From an uncultured Hormoscilla sp. (GTDB lineage: Bacteria > Cyanobacteriota > Cyanobacteriia > Cyanobacteriales > Desertifilaceae), in assembly GCA_963921275.4 (NCBI GenBank), contig OZ001293.3, positions 2,848,001 to 2,912,000 on the forward strand: 64,000 nt of DNA, in the 5' to 3' direction. The notes beneath the pieces were generated by a model. The model did not search any database, had not been told where the DNA came from, and was given only the letters and a program-made list of their open reading frames with translations. Every line of letters starts with the position of its first letter. Position 1 is the stretch's first letter. A program made the translations under genes and the position numbers. Below are positions 21,501 to 32,606 of this stretch, piece by piece.

Positions 21501-22699
21501 CCCATACTGCGTCCACTGCTCCCGCTGCCTCCGCTGCTCCCGCTGCTCCCGGACCCGGGCGTTCCAGGCTTTGCGGTCACGTCGCCAGGCTTCGTAGTCA
21601 TCTGGTTTGATTTCTATCGCTTTGTCATAGGATGCGATCGCCTCATCATACCTTGACAACTGATACAGCGCCTTGCCCCGGTTGTTCCAGGCTTCGTAGT
21701 CATCTGGTTTGATTTCTATCGCTTTGTCATAGGATGCGATCGCCTCTTCATACCTTGACAACTGAAGCAGCGCATAGCCCCGGATGTACCAGGTTCCGTG
21801 GTAATCTGGTTTGATTTCTATCGCTTTGTCATAGGATGCGATCGCCTCATCATATTTTGACAACTGATACAGCGCATTGCCCCGGTTATGCCAGGCTGAC
21901 CAGTCATCTGGTTCGATTTCTATCGCTTTGTCATAGGATGCGATCACCTCATCATACCTTGACAACTGAAGCAGCGCCTTGCCCGGTGCCACCAGGCTGG
22001 GTGGTCATCTGGTTTTATTTCTATCGCTTTGTCAAACGATGCGAACGCCTCTTCATACCTTGACAACTCATACAGCGCCTTGCCCCGGATGTACCAGGCT
22101 TCGTAGTCATCTGGTTTGATTTTTATCGCTTTTTCAAAGGATGCGATCGCCTTATCATACCTTGACAACTCATACAGCGCCTTGCCCCGGTGCCACCAGG
22201 CTGGCTGGTCATCTGGTTTTATTTCTATCGCTTTTTCAAAGGATGCGATCGCCTTATCATACCTTGACAACTCATACAGCGCCTTGCCCCGGTGCCACCA
22301 GGCTGGCTGGTCATCTGGTTTTATTTCTATCGCTTTGTCAAACGATGCGATCGCCTCATCATACCTTGACAACTCATACAGCGCCATGCCCCGGATGTAC
22401 CAGAGATCGTGGTCATCTGGTTTTATTTCTATCGCTTTGTCAAAGGATGCGAACGCCTCATCATGCCTTGACAACTGAAGCAGCGCCATGCCACGGTGGT
22501 TCCAGGCTTCGTGGTAATCTGGTTTTATTTCTATCGCTTTGTCAAACGATGCGATCGCCTCATCATACCTTGACAACTCATACAGCGCCTTGCCACGGTT
22601 GTTCCAGACATCGTGGTCACCTATATCTCGTTTGATTTCTATCGCTTTGTTATCGGATGCGATCTCCTCATCATACCTTGACAAGTTCCTTATGGACAT
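18541..22699 (-). pseudogene. Giant TPR-repeat gene (roughly 35-40 102-bp units) broken by two frameshifts and one TGA
   Basis: AWxxRGxALxxLSRYDEAIASYDKAIEIKPD repeats; 1-bp losses near 21982 and 20680; TGG>TGA at 19867-19869. Confidence 0.9.
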
Positions 22700-23013
22700 A
22701 ATACCTCCAGACTTTGATTTGACATTTTCAAGCTAGGCACTGCTTTGCTGCCCATTTGACTGGGTAGCAACTTTGACAATGCCTCATATTTCATGAACCC
22801 GACAAATAAGACACCTCTATCTTTTTTTTACCAAGACAATCCTGCTTTTGGTTTACGCGGAACAGGCGCGATCGCCGCCCATTGGCAATTAAGTTAGCCC
22901 CTGCGGTACGGAACCGGTGTGGACTGGCGCCGCAACTGGGCAATTAAGTCAGTCATAGGCAAAACCTCCCTTATCTTTCATGATTTCTATATCGTAGGGG
23001 TCAAGTTGAGCGG

Positions 23014-24312
23014 TTAGGCTTTCCTTAAAGTTATCATAACTCCGTTTCTCCCGATCGTACCACCAAGAGTACTTTTTTTTGAGGGCGATCGCCTCTTGGG
23101 GGGTGCTGGCGATCGCCCCCTATCTGGTATAAATAAGTCACCAAGCACCGGCAGCCGGACCGATGCGGGTATCACAGCTACTTTCCCCCAAGCTATTGGC
23201 ATCTGTGTTAAACTTTGTTTTGCTTGACAGGTAAGGCTCCCGATGTGAACGACTCTTCCGTACCCGAGCACGACACTTTCGTGCCACCCGACCACGCGCA
23301 CTGCGCCCACGCTGCCCGACGCATGTTCCTCTAAGGACACTGTCTGCTCTCTCAGAGAGGCCATTATCTCCATCATCCCCATTATCTCCATCATCTCCAT
23401 CATCTCCTCGGATGCCTGAAGCTGTGCTTCCAGGGAGGCGATCTCCTCTAATGACGACTCCTGCAATGACTGATATTCCTCTATCCGATACGACAATTCC
23501 TCAAGCAACTCCTCTATCAGAGTTGCTTGCGCTTCCAAATCCTGCTGCAATGGCTCATAATCAAATAAGATTTGACAATTTAATATTGCTACCTCTGCTC
23601 TTAATGAGGATAATTCTCGGTTTCGCTCTTGTAACCTCCGATCGCCCCTCAGTTTGTCTGTAAATAGTGTTGCGGCACTGGGGCCTAAGTTAGTCATAGG
23701 CAAAACCTTCCTTACCTTCCATGTCATCTCCATTATTCCCATCATCTCCATCATCTCCATCATCTCCATCATCTCCTCGGATGCCTGAAGCTGTGCTTCC
23801 AGGGAGGCGATCTCCTCTGATGACGACTCCTGCAATGACTGATATTCCTCTACCCGATACGACAATTCCTTTTGCAACTCCTCTATCAGAGTTGCTTGTG
23901 CTGCCGAATGCTGCTGCAATGACTCATATTCTGATTTTTCCGGAACGGTGCGCAGTACCCGAGACGACAATTCCTCTATCCTGGAGTGCAACTCTTCTAG
24001 AAGAGTTGCTTGCGCTTCCAAATCCTGCTGCAATGGCTCATAATAAAATAAGATTTGACGATTTAATTCTGCTACTTCTGCTCTTAATGAGGATAATTCT
24101 CGGTTTTGCTTTTGTAACCTCCGATCGCCCCTCAGTTTGTCTCTAAACAGTATCTCTATCGGGGATAATTCTGCCCCGGAGTTCTATATAGATCGTAACA
24201 GTTGGGCTGCTTGGCTGGTGTTACCTTGCTCTAGGGCGGTGTCGAACTGGCACCGCAACTCGGCAATTACATTCTCGATCCTTGTTACGGCACTGGGGCC
24301 TAAGTTAGTCAT
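23014..24312 (-). pseudogene. Coiled-coil protein with internal duplication and in-frame TAG
   Basis: ATG at 24312 overlaps the radical SAM stop; MTNLGPSA..QLLRSI*NSG; ~300-bp block repeated; (ATGGAGATG)n microsatellites. Confidence 0.55.
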
Positions 24313-25233
24313 AGGCAAAACCTTCCTTACCTTCCATAATTTCTACATCGTATGCGTCAAGTTGAGCGATTAATCTTTTTTTAAAGTTATTATAGCTCTG
24401 TCGGGAGCGATCGTACCACCAAGAGTACTTTTGCTTGAGGGCGGCTACTTCTTGTGGAGTACTGGCTATCAGAGAACCGCGATAGGTAGGGTGAAATTCC
24501 TGAATCACCACCCGGTCTACAACCTCCAGTTTATTAATGAAACAAGACTCGTCCGCTGGTAAGGTGGGCAATAATGGCGTGATGGTAACAGAGAATTTGA
24601 TTTCATGACCCTGCTTATAAAGAATATTATAGCGGAGATTGCTGATGGCTTTGAGTCGGGCCGTGATGCTGGGCGATCGGCCTTCAAAATCCTGCTTCAC
24701 CTCTTCGCTGCCAGTGGAATACTCATATTAATTCGCAGTCGCTGAAACTGACAGAGAAGATCGATATCTCTGGTAATGAGGGGACTGCGAGTTTGGATGA
24801 CCAGTGTAGGTTGATAGGCCACCATTACTTCTAGCAACTGGCGAGTCAGTTTTTCTCGGCTTTCAATGGGTTGATAGGGGTCGGTGACCGTACTCATGTA
24901 AATGCTAGGGGGGCGATCGGCCCGCAGACGGTCTGAAAAATCGGGATTTTTCTTTTTTCAGCGGTTCTTGTTTCAGCGATCGAGTTCCTTCTTTAAGAGT
25001 TCAACAGCATTTTGCTTAACAATCACCTAATTACCCCAATCTTGCTGCATTTGAGGGTTGCGGCCTTCAGCCGCAGCATAGCAATAGCTACAGCCATATT
25101 GGCAACCCCGGTAAGGATTGAGGGTAAAATCGTAAGCCTTGATGAATCCTGTGGGTTTATTGAGTAGTGTTGTCGAATTACAGATAGAGACCTTAGCGTT
25201 ACCAAACGCTTGAGACTGTTGTGAATGAACCAT
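24305..25233 (-). pseudogene. Radical SAM protein (spore-photoproduct-lyase-like), frameshifted
   Basis: LNPYRGCQYGCSYCY, MSTVTDPYQPIE, IQTRSPLITRDIDLL in separate frames. Confidence 0.85.
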
Positions 25234-25302
25234 AGGTTTGTTAGGTTTGTTAGGTTTGTAGTAAGGACTAAAGTCCTTACCTGACGATCGGCCAAGATGA
25301 TA

Positions 25303-26826
25303 TTAAAGTGAGTAGAGTTCCCCGTATTTCTGCTGGATGTAGCTGATAAAGGGGGAGATGGTCACGTCGCTGCCGGTGACGCAGTTAATTAATTCAGTTG
25401 GGGTCCATTTGCAACCATGTTGGTAGATGTGCTCTTTTAACCAATTATGCAGCATTCTGTAGTCACCATTGTTAATTTTTGCGGAAATTTCTGGTTGTGC
25501 TTTGAGTGCGGCTTGATAAAACTGGGCGCTCATGAGGTTGCCGAGGGTGTATCCTTGGAATAAGCCCCCGATCGTGTCACCGTACCAATGGACATCTTGC
25601 ATCACTCCTTCGCTGTCAGAGTCAGGAACGATGCCGAGGTCGGACCTGTAACGTTCATTCCAGGCTTCGGGAAGGTCGCGCACTGCTAAAGTGCCTTCTA
25701 GTAACTGTAATTCTAGATCGAAGCGAATCATTACATGGAGGTTGTAGGTGACTTCGTCGGCGTCGGTGCGGATAAGCGATCGCTCCACTTTATTAATGGC
25801 CCGATAGAATGTCTCCAGAGAAACATTTCCTAATTGACTGGGGAAAAATGCTTGCAGTTGGGGATAGAAGTGGGTCCAGAACTGACGACTGCGTCCCACC
25901 AGATTTTCCCACAGTCGCGACTGACTTTCATGGACGCCAGTGGAAGCGCCATTAGCGAGGGGCGTAGCTTCAAAGGCGGGGTGGATACCTTGTCCGTACA
26001 AAGCATGACCCATTTCGTGAATAGTGCTGAAGAATGCTTCCGCCAAATCATTTTCGTTGACGCGGAGGGTGATGCGCACGTCCCCAAGACCGAAAAAGGT
26101 GGTAAAAGGATGAGGGGTTTTGTCTAGACGCCCCCGCCCGAAGTCATAGCCCAATTTTTCTATTACCTGATGGCAAAAGGCTAGCTGCTGGGTTTCGGGG
26201 AAATGTTGGTGCAAGCAAGCGTCGTCAGCAAATGGTTGGGAAGTGATTTTTTCCACGATCGGGACTAGCTGCTGGCGCAACTCGGCAAATAGCGATCGCA
26301 CTGTTGCTGCTTTCATACCATAATCCGCCCGATCGATCAGCGGGTCGGCGATATGATCATAACCACCGAAGAAGTTAGCATATTCGCGGCTAAATTCCAG
26401 GGTTTTTTCCAGGTAAGGCTGTACGGCGGCAAAGTTATTTTCCGGTCGTGCTTTCGCCCAAGCATTGTAGGAGGCGGCGCCATGGCTGGAGAATTTGGCC
26501 ATGAAGTCGGAGGGGACTCGCACCGCTTGATCGTAGTTGCGGCGGGTGATCCGGATCAAGCCAGCTTCAGCAGTTTCGTAGGGGAGGCTTTCTTCATAGG
26601 GGCGCAAGTTTTCTAGGAGTTGATCGATCGCTTCTGAGGTAAACTTTTCGTGAGCAATTTGGTGGAGGGTGGCCATTTGGCGTCCTCGTGCGGCTGCGCC
26701 TCCTGGGGGCATATAAGTAGCCTGGTCCCAGTCTAGCACGGACGCTGCGGCATTGATATCATGGATTTCGGTAAGGCGAGATTTCAGGTCTGCCAATTTC
26801 GGTTCAGTTTTAGCCAGAGTTTGCAT
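25303..26826 (-). CDS. M32 carboxypeptidase (Taq-type)
   Basis: WDQATYMP, HPF, HEMGHALY, HESQSR, IRTDADE, QDVHW. Confidence 0.95.
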   Translation of the reverse strand: MQTLAKTEPKLADLKSRLTEIHDINAAASVLDWDQATYMPPGGAAARGRQMATLHQIAHEKFTSEAIDQLLENLRPYEESLPYETAEAGLIRITRRNYDQAVRVPSDFMAKFSSHGAASYNAWAKARPENNFAAVQPYLEKTLEFSREYANFFGGYDHIADPLIDRADYGMKAATVRSLFAELRQQLVPIVEKITSQPFADDACLHQHFPETQQLAFCHQVIEKLGYDFGRGRLDKTPHPFTTFFGLGDVRITLRVNENDLAEAFFSTIHEMGHALYGQGIHPAFEATPLANGASTGVHESQSRLWENLVGRSRQFWTHFYPQLQAFFPSQLGNVSLETFYRAINKVERSLIRTDADEVTYNLHVMIRFDLELQLLEGTLAVRDLPEAWNERYRSDLGIVPDSDSEGVMQDVHWYGDTIGGLFQGYTLGNLMSAQFYQAALKAQPEISAKINNGDYRMLHNWLKEHIYQHGCKWTPTELINCVTGSDVTISPFISYIQQKYGELYSL

Positions 26827-27079
26827 TTTGGTTTTAAGTTCGACAATCTTTATTATAGCAGTTACCGGAGATTAGGGATGACGCAAGAACTGATTTATTT
26901 AAAGAATTTCATCATGGCCGGACGCTACTGTATAAGCTTTTTTTGAGAATTCTGGAAATGCAACCGACCGCTTCTACTGCTATGCTAAATATATTAGCGC
27001 AGACCATTGAGCAAAAGCAAGCGGTCCGTGATGCTGCCTGTACAAGTGTTGAAGAAGTAAAAAGGAGTTGGAACCTACC

Positions 27080-27274
27080 ATGAATGTGGAACAAAAAATC
27101 CCTGATGCAGAGACGAGAAGACGAAATGTTGAGCGGTTACGGGAAAGCAACCGACAGTTGGATCTTTTCGGTCTGGCACTGGATGAATTGATTGCGATGG
27201 CAGAAGTGGAACTCTGTCGCCAACGTCGTCAACGTATGGAACGCAAGTACAATGGTGCAAAACAAGAGGAATAA
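27080..27274 (+). CDS. Small hypothetical protein
   Basis: AAGGAG RBS upstream; helical 64-aa ORF. Confidence 0.4.
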   Translation: MNVEQKIPDAETRRRNVERLRESNRQLDLFGLALDELIAMAEVELCRQRRQRMERKYNGAKQEE

Positions 27275-27393
27275 AGTGGTGTTGTCAGAAGGCGATCGCC
27301 CACTAAAAAGGCGATCGGCCTGTAGTCAAAACGGTTTTTGTGTTATCATCAGATAGAGGCCGATCGGCCATTAGCAAAAGAAGCAGTAGATTT

Positions 27394-27720
27394 ATGGAAT
27401 CAGTAATTAAGGAACATATCGAAATCACGCCGGGAGTGTGCGGGGGTAAGCCCCGCATTGCCGGACATCGAATTCGCGTGGAAGATATTGTGATCTGGCA
27501 CGAACGGATGGGTCTTTGCCCTGACGAGATCGTGTATCAATACCCAACCATTAATCTAGCTGATGTGTATGCAGCTTTAGCGTATTATCACGACCATATG
27601 GATGAGATTCTGCAACAGATAGAAGAGGAAAAAGCTTTTGCAAATTCAATGAAAGAGAAAACTCCAATTCCTTCTCTAGTTCAACAAAAGTTAAAGGTTC
27701 TCAATGGCAAGAACGATTAG
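27394..27720 (+). CDS. DUF433 antitoxin
   Basis: IEITPGVCGGKPRIAGHRIRV...ADVYAALAYY. Confidence 0.9.
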   Translation: MESVIKEHIEITPGVCGGKPRIAGHRIRVEDIVIWHERMGLCPDEIVYQYPTINLADVYAALAYYHDHMDEILQQIEEEKAFANSMKEKTPIPSLVQQKLKVLNGKND

Positions 27721-28039
27721 ATTCCACTTGGATTAAAATGTCAACAATTTTGTCGCTGATGGCTTGCGACGGCGCGGAGTTGATGTTACAACAACCCCAG
27801 AAGCTGGACTAATTGGTGCCTCATCTGAGGTGCAACTTGCGTTTGCATTCTCTCAAAATAGAGTAATTTTTACTCAGGATAATGACTTTATGCGCCTGCA
27901 TTATGCGGGAGTAAACCATGCTGGCATTGCTTACTGTATCAAGGAAAGTCGAACGATTGGAAAAATTATTCGAGGATTATCTATAATTTGGGAGGTGCTC
28001 GAACCCGAAGAAATGCTGGGACGGGTTGAATACCTGTAA
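27704..28039 (+). pseudogene. DUF5615 PIN-like toxin with in-frame TAA
   Basis: MARTIRFHLD*NV...LRRRGVDV...VIFTQDNDF...HAGI; the stop at 27734 replaces the E of LDEN. Confidence 0.85.
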
Positions 28040-28321
28040 TTGGCATAGGCGATCGCCCACGAAAAAGGCGATCGGGGGTCAACACTGCCGTTAGTTTGGA
28101 AGCCCCCCTCGCTCCGGACAGGTTGTTAACCGAGAAGTATTGTGACCACACCCGTTTCTCCAACCTTTGCCTGGTGGTAACTCTTGCGCAATAGTTTCTC
28201 CAACCAAGGCCGGGTTGGCCTGGTGGTAACTCTTGCGTAATAGTTTCCCTAACCTTGTGGGCGGGCGATCGGAATTATCGCTCTCCGCGCATACTTTTCT
28301 TTCGCTAACCGGTTTTAACCA

Positions 28322-28543
28322 CTAGGAGGACGAGAAACCTAAGCAGATCCCTCTTCTCCCAGGGTAGGGAGGACGAGAAACCTGAGCAGATCCCTCTTCT
28401 CCCAGGGTAGGGAGGACGAGAAACCTGAGCAGATCCCTCTCCTCCTAGGGTAGGCTGAAGATAAACCTGAGCAGATCCCTCTCCTCCCAGGGTAGGCTGA
28501 AGATAAACCTGGGCAGATTCCTCTCCTCCCAGGGTAGTGAGGA
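28322..28543. repeat. Five tandem ~44-45-bp units (AAACCTGAGCAGATCCCTCTYCTCCCAGGGTAGG core)
   Basis: Read directly; contiguous, with two gradually changing variants. Confidence 0.85.
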
Positions 28544-28684
28544 CAATGCGGGGATAGGAAATTCTCAATTTGCCATTCTCAATTTGCCATTCTCAATTCC
28601 TCAATGTCTAGCGTCGGAACCGAGGCTAACGCCTGCTAGAAGAGTACAAGCAAAAGCAGGCGGCTTGCAAGACATCCGTATAAT

Positions 28685-29032
28685 TTACATAGGCTGGCTC
28701 TCGAGGGCGGTATGCTTTAGAAGCCTGCCTTGCAACTCACTCATATATAAAACCTCGTACTCATTGACAAGTTCTGCTTGCAGTTGCTGCCACAAACTAA
28801 TCCCCTCTTGCTCAAAAGCTAGACGTTCCTCTTCACTAGCGAAATCGGACGATCGGGGGTCATCCCAATTCATAATCCTATCATAAATATTTTGCCACTG
28901 GATTAACCGTTCGATAGTTGCAGCACTCAAAGGTAACTCAGCGGGATGAGGATTATCAATTAAATCATTATCTTCATATTCCCACAGGGGATAGCAGTCG
29001 TACTCAGCCATCAATTTAATCTGTTTAACCAT
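28685..29032 (-). CDS. Acidic conserved hypothetical protein
   Basis: IKLMAEYDCYPLW...LPLSAATIERLIQWQNIYD...FEQEGISLWQQLQAEL. Confidence 0.7.
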   Translation of the reverse strand: MVKQIKLMAEYDCYPLWEYEDNDLIDNPHPAELPLSAATIERLIQWQNIYDRIMNWDDPRSSDFASEEERLAFEQEGISLWQQLQAELVNEYEVLYMSELQGRLLKHTALESQPM

Positions 29033-29379
29033 CACTATCTCGGCAATTAGGGTGTCTCTATCCAATTATTATCCCTTTGGACTAATATCTCACTCCCGTA
29101 ATCATCCGCCGTAGCTATTTGTTCGGTTTCGTACTCTTGCACGGCAAATCTATTGTAACATCTCTGGCAGTGTAAATCTTACACCCGAGGCAGAGCCTCT
29201 AGAGTCCGTTCCCTGCCAGAGTCAGGGAACAAGATAAACTAACATCTTACACCGAATCTTACACCGGAGGCGGAGCCTCATTCGCCCGTTCCCTGCCAGA
29301 GTCAGGGAACGGGCGAATTGCGCGATCCGAAGTGCGCGACGCCGGAAATTCTCAATTTGCCATTCTCAATTTGCCATTC

Positions 29380-30516
29380 TCAATTCTCAATTTGCCATTT
29401 GCCATCAAGAAATGCCTGAAAGCGCTTATTCTTGCGCAGTCTTTCTAAATCTGGGTCTGTTTTTGCTGCTGGCAAATATTTCCCAGAATTCCGCTTGATT
29501 ACCTCTGATATATGCTCCACTGCCAATTTAATCTTCCCCATGAAAGCATAGCAGTAACCCGTGTTGTAAATCCCATTCACGTGATCGGGTTTTATTTCCA
29601 AAGCCTTCTGAACGCTTGCTAAAGCATCTTTATACTTCCCCAGCTTCGTCAAGGCATAACCGCGATTGTCCCAGGCTTCGTAATTATTTGGATCGCATTC
29701 GATCGCCTTATCGTAACTAGCGATCGCCTCTTTTACCCGATTCATTTTCCGCAGGGCCAAGCCTCTATTATTCCAAGCGTGAGTTTCTTGGGGATTTATT
29801 TCGATTGCACGATTATAACAATCTAGTTCTTCTTGATGCTGTTCCAGCTTAGAAAACACTATCCCCTTGTTAATCAAGCTTGACAGGTGCTGGGGGTTAA
29901 TTTCTAGAGCCTTGTAAAAAGTCGCGATCGCCTCTTCGTTGTTGTCCATTGCCATCAAGCAGCAGCCGTAATTAAACCACAATTCCGGGTCATTCTGATT
30001 AATCTTCAATGCTTTTTTATAACTTTTCACGGCCGGCTGGAAATTGCCTAAATTCACGAAAGCATTGCCCCTGTTCCCCCAGGCTTTGTAGTCCTCGGGG
30101 TTAATTGTTCCCGCTTGGTAATAACTCTCTATCGCCTCTTTATTCCGCCCCAACATGACTTCGCAATTCCCTTTTTCCGCCCACGCTTCGTAGGACTTAT
30201 CCTTAATTTTTATTGCTCTTTCAAAGCTGAAAAGCGCCTTTTCCACCTTTCCCCAATCCCGCAGGACAATACCTCTGTTAAACCAGATCCTCTCGTCATC
30301 TGGATTAAACTCCAGCGCCCGATCGAAGCTATCAAGAGATTCCGAGTAACGCTGTAAATGTCCCAGGGCCAAAGCCCGACAAGCCCAGACATCAGGAACA
30401 AAGGGCCAGTCCTTGACCAGACTATCAAAATGGGCATACGCTGCTTCAAATTATCCCGATCTTAAACAACGTAATCCTTCTTTGTAACTTAGATCGGCTT
30501 CAAAAGGATTTGGCAT
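29380..30516 (-). pseudogene. TPR protein with early in-frame TAA (a downstream restart is possible)
   Basis: About 9 divergent TPRs; ATG at 30516 in frame, TAA at 30451-30453. Confidence 0.75.
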
Positions 30517-30713
30517 TTTTTTATTTCCAATTACGATTTATTCAGGTTCAACAGACAGTAAACTCTTAAACATCTTTCGCTTTTTGGTGAAAGGCGTTGC
30601 ACAATTACGGGATAATGAGCATAGTTGCAGAAGTCTTAAACCTAAACTACAAGCCAGTTTCAGTTATGTGCAAAAAAGGGCATCATCCCCAAAATGTGCA
30701 ACGCCTGGTGAAA

Positions 30714-31741
30714 TTATTCTCGGTCAATTACCTGTTGCAAGTAGGCCAGCGACTGCTGAATCGCAATACCCCGGACCCACCAGGCTTCGTGGTCATCTGG
30801 TTTGATTTCTATCGCTTTGTCATAGGATGCGAGCGCCTCTTCATACCTTGACAACCCATACAGCGCAATGCCCCGGTTATACCAGGCATCGTAGTTATCT
30901 GGTTTGATTTCTACCGCTTTGTCATAGGATGCGATCGCCTCTTCATACCTTGACAACCCATACAGCGCAATGCCTCGGTTATACCAGGCATCGTAGTTAT
31001 CTGGTTTGATTTCTACCGCTTTGTCATAAGATGCGATCGCCTCTTCATACCTTGACAAGTCCTTCAGCGCACAGCCCCGGTTGTTCCAGGCTTCGTCGTA
31101 ATCTGGTTGATTTCTATCGCTTTGTCATAGGATGCGAGCGCCTCATCATACCTTGACAACTCATCCAGCGCAATGCCCCGGCTGTACCAGGCTTTGTGGT
31201 AATCTGGATTGATTTCTATCTCTTTGTCATAGGATGCGAGCGCCTCATCATACCTTGACAAATTCCTCAGCGCAATGCCCCGCATGTACCAGGCTTTGTG
31301 GTAATCTGGTTTGATTTCTATCGCTTTGTCAAAGGATGCGATCCCCTCTTCATACCTTGACAAGTCCTTCAGCGCACAGCCCCGGTTGTTCCAGGCTGAG
31401 CAGTCATCTGGTTTGATTTCTATAGCTTTGTCATAGGATGCGAGCGCCTCATCATACCTTAACAACTCCTCCAGCGCAATGCCACGGCCGTTCCAGGCGA
31501 AGTGGAAATCTGGTTTGATTTCTATAGCTTTGTCATAGGATGCGAGCGCCTCATCATACCTTGACAACTCACACAGCGCATTGCCCCGGTTGTTCCAAGC
31601 TGAGCAGTCATCTGGTTTGATTTCTATCGCTTTGTCAAAGGATGCGAGCGCCTCATCATACCTTGACAACTCACACAGCGCATAGCCCCGTTGGCAAAAG
31701 TCAAAAGCAATGTCATCCAGTAATTCTGAGTCACCAGCCAT
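30714..31741 (-). pseudogene. Second locus of the homogeneous 102-bp TPR family, frameshifted
   Basis: Same DNA unit as 18541-22699; 1-bp loss near 31107. Confidence 0.85.
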
Positions 31742-31829
31742 AAATCAACAATCCCCTAAGTTTGTGCAGTCTCGATATCATCATAGCACATGCAGTCAAA
31801 ATGTCAAGCCCTCTATTTTATCGAGTTCC

Positions 31830-32451
31830 CGGTTACCATCCTGACGTTACCCAGCATAACACATCTGCCAAGCCGTTGAGTGGTGTGCAGCGCCACCCAA
31901 CCTACGACAGTATGTTACCCAGCATCTACCAGTCGGTCCGTAACCCCGGTCGCGCTATATCGTACCATACCCAACTGCCCAAACTGGGGAAATGCCACTG
32001 CTGCCAATCAGGTTGCCGGTCGATCGCCCGGGTCAAAGCTAGCTCCTCATCTGTCCCAACTCACTCAACACCACCGCCCGCTGATACCAGGCCCAGTAAT
32101 TCTCGGGTTCCAACTCGAGGGAGCGGTCGTAGTCGGACAGAGGTAATGCCAGGCCCTTCCCAGGCGGTACCAGGCCCAGTAATCATCTGGTCTTAACTCC
32201 AAAGCTTGTTTATAAGACGCGACCGCCTCCGAGTACCGTCCTAAGCTCAACAGGGCACTGCCTCGGTTATACCAGGCCCAGTAGTCCGACGGTTGAGACT
32301 CCAATACCTTGTCGTAATGGGCGAGGGCCTCCGAGTAGTTAGTCTCCGCATCTAAGTCTCGCCCCCGATCGGACCAACTCCAGTAATTCTCCGGTCTAGT
32401 CTCCTGTGAAGCCCGATTTTTCTGAAGTTCGCCTGGCCTGTCAGAATTCAT
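31830..32451 (-). pseudogene. Degraded TPR protein (DYWAWY repeats)
   Basis: PSDYWAWYNRGSALLSLGRY, PDDYWAWYRLG, then frame breakdown. Confidence 0.65.
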
Positions 32452-32606
32452 CAGCAACCCCTCCCTACAACAGTTTTCCGCCGCTCGTTTATCTGCACCT
32501 GGCACCGCCATCCTTCGACTACCCGAGGGATCTGGGGAGGGCAGATGAAATCGGGCCTGCAAATATAGTATACTTTTAGCGATAGCTTTTCACAAAGGAG
32601 TCAAGC

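Noticed and set aside
18541..22699. TPR variation as a diversity-generating retroelement
   Set aside because: No reverse transcriptase or template repeat in the window, and differences are not confined to adenines.
23412..24146. Plus-strand Pro/Ser-rich ORFs
   Set aside because: Antisense shadows of the repetitive minus-strand coiled-coil region.
28322..28543. 44-45-bp repeats as a CRISPR array
   Set aside because: Intervening bases are short and repeated rather than unique spacers.
28608..28680. Possible IS200/IS605 end or omega-RNA relic
   Set aside because: Only a few suggestive bases and no tnpB or tnpA nearby; cannot be supported.
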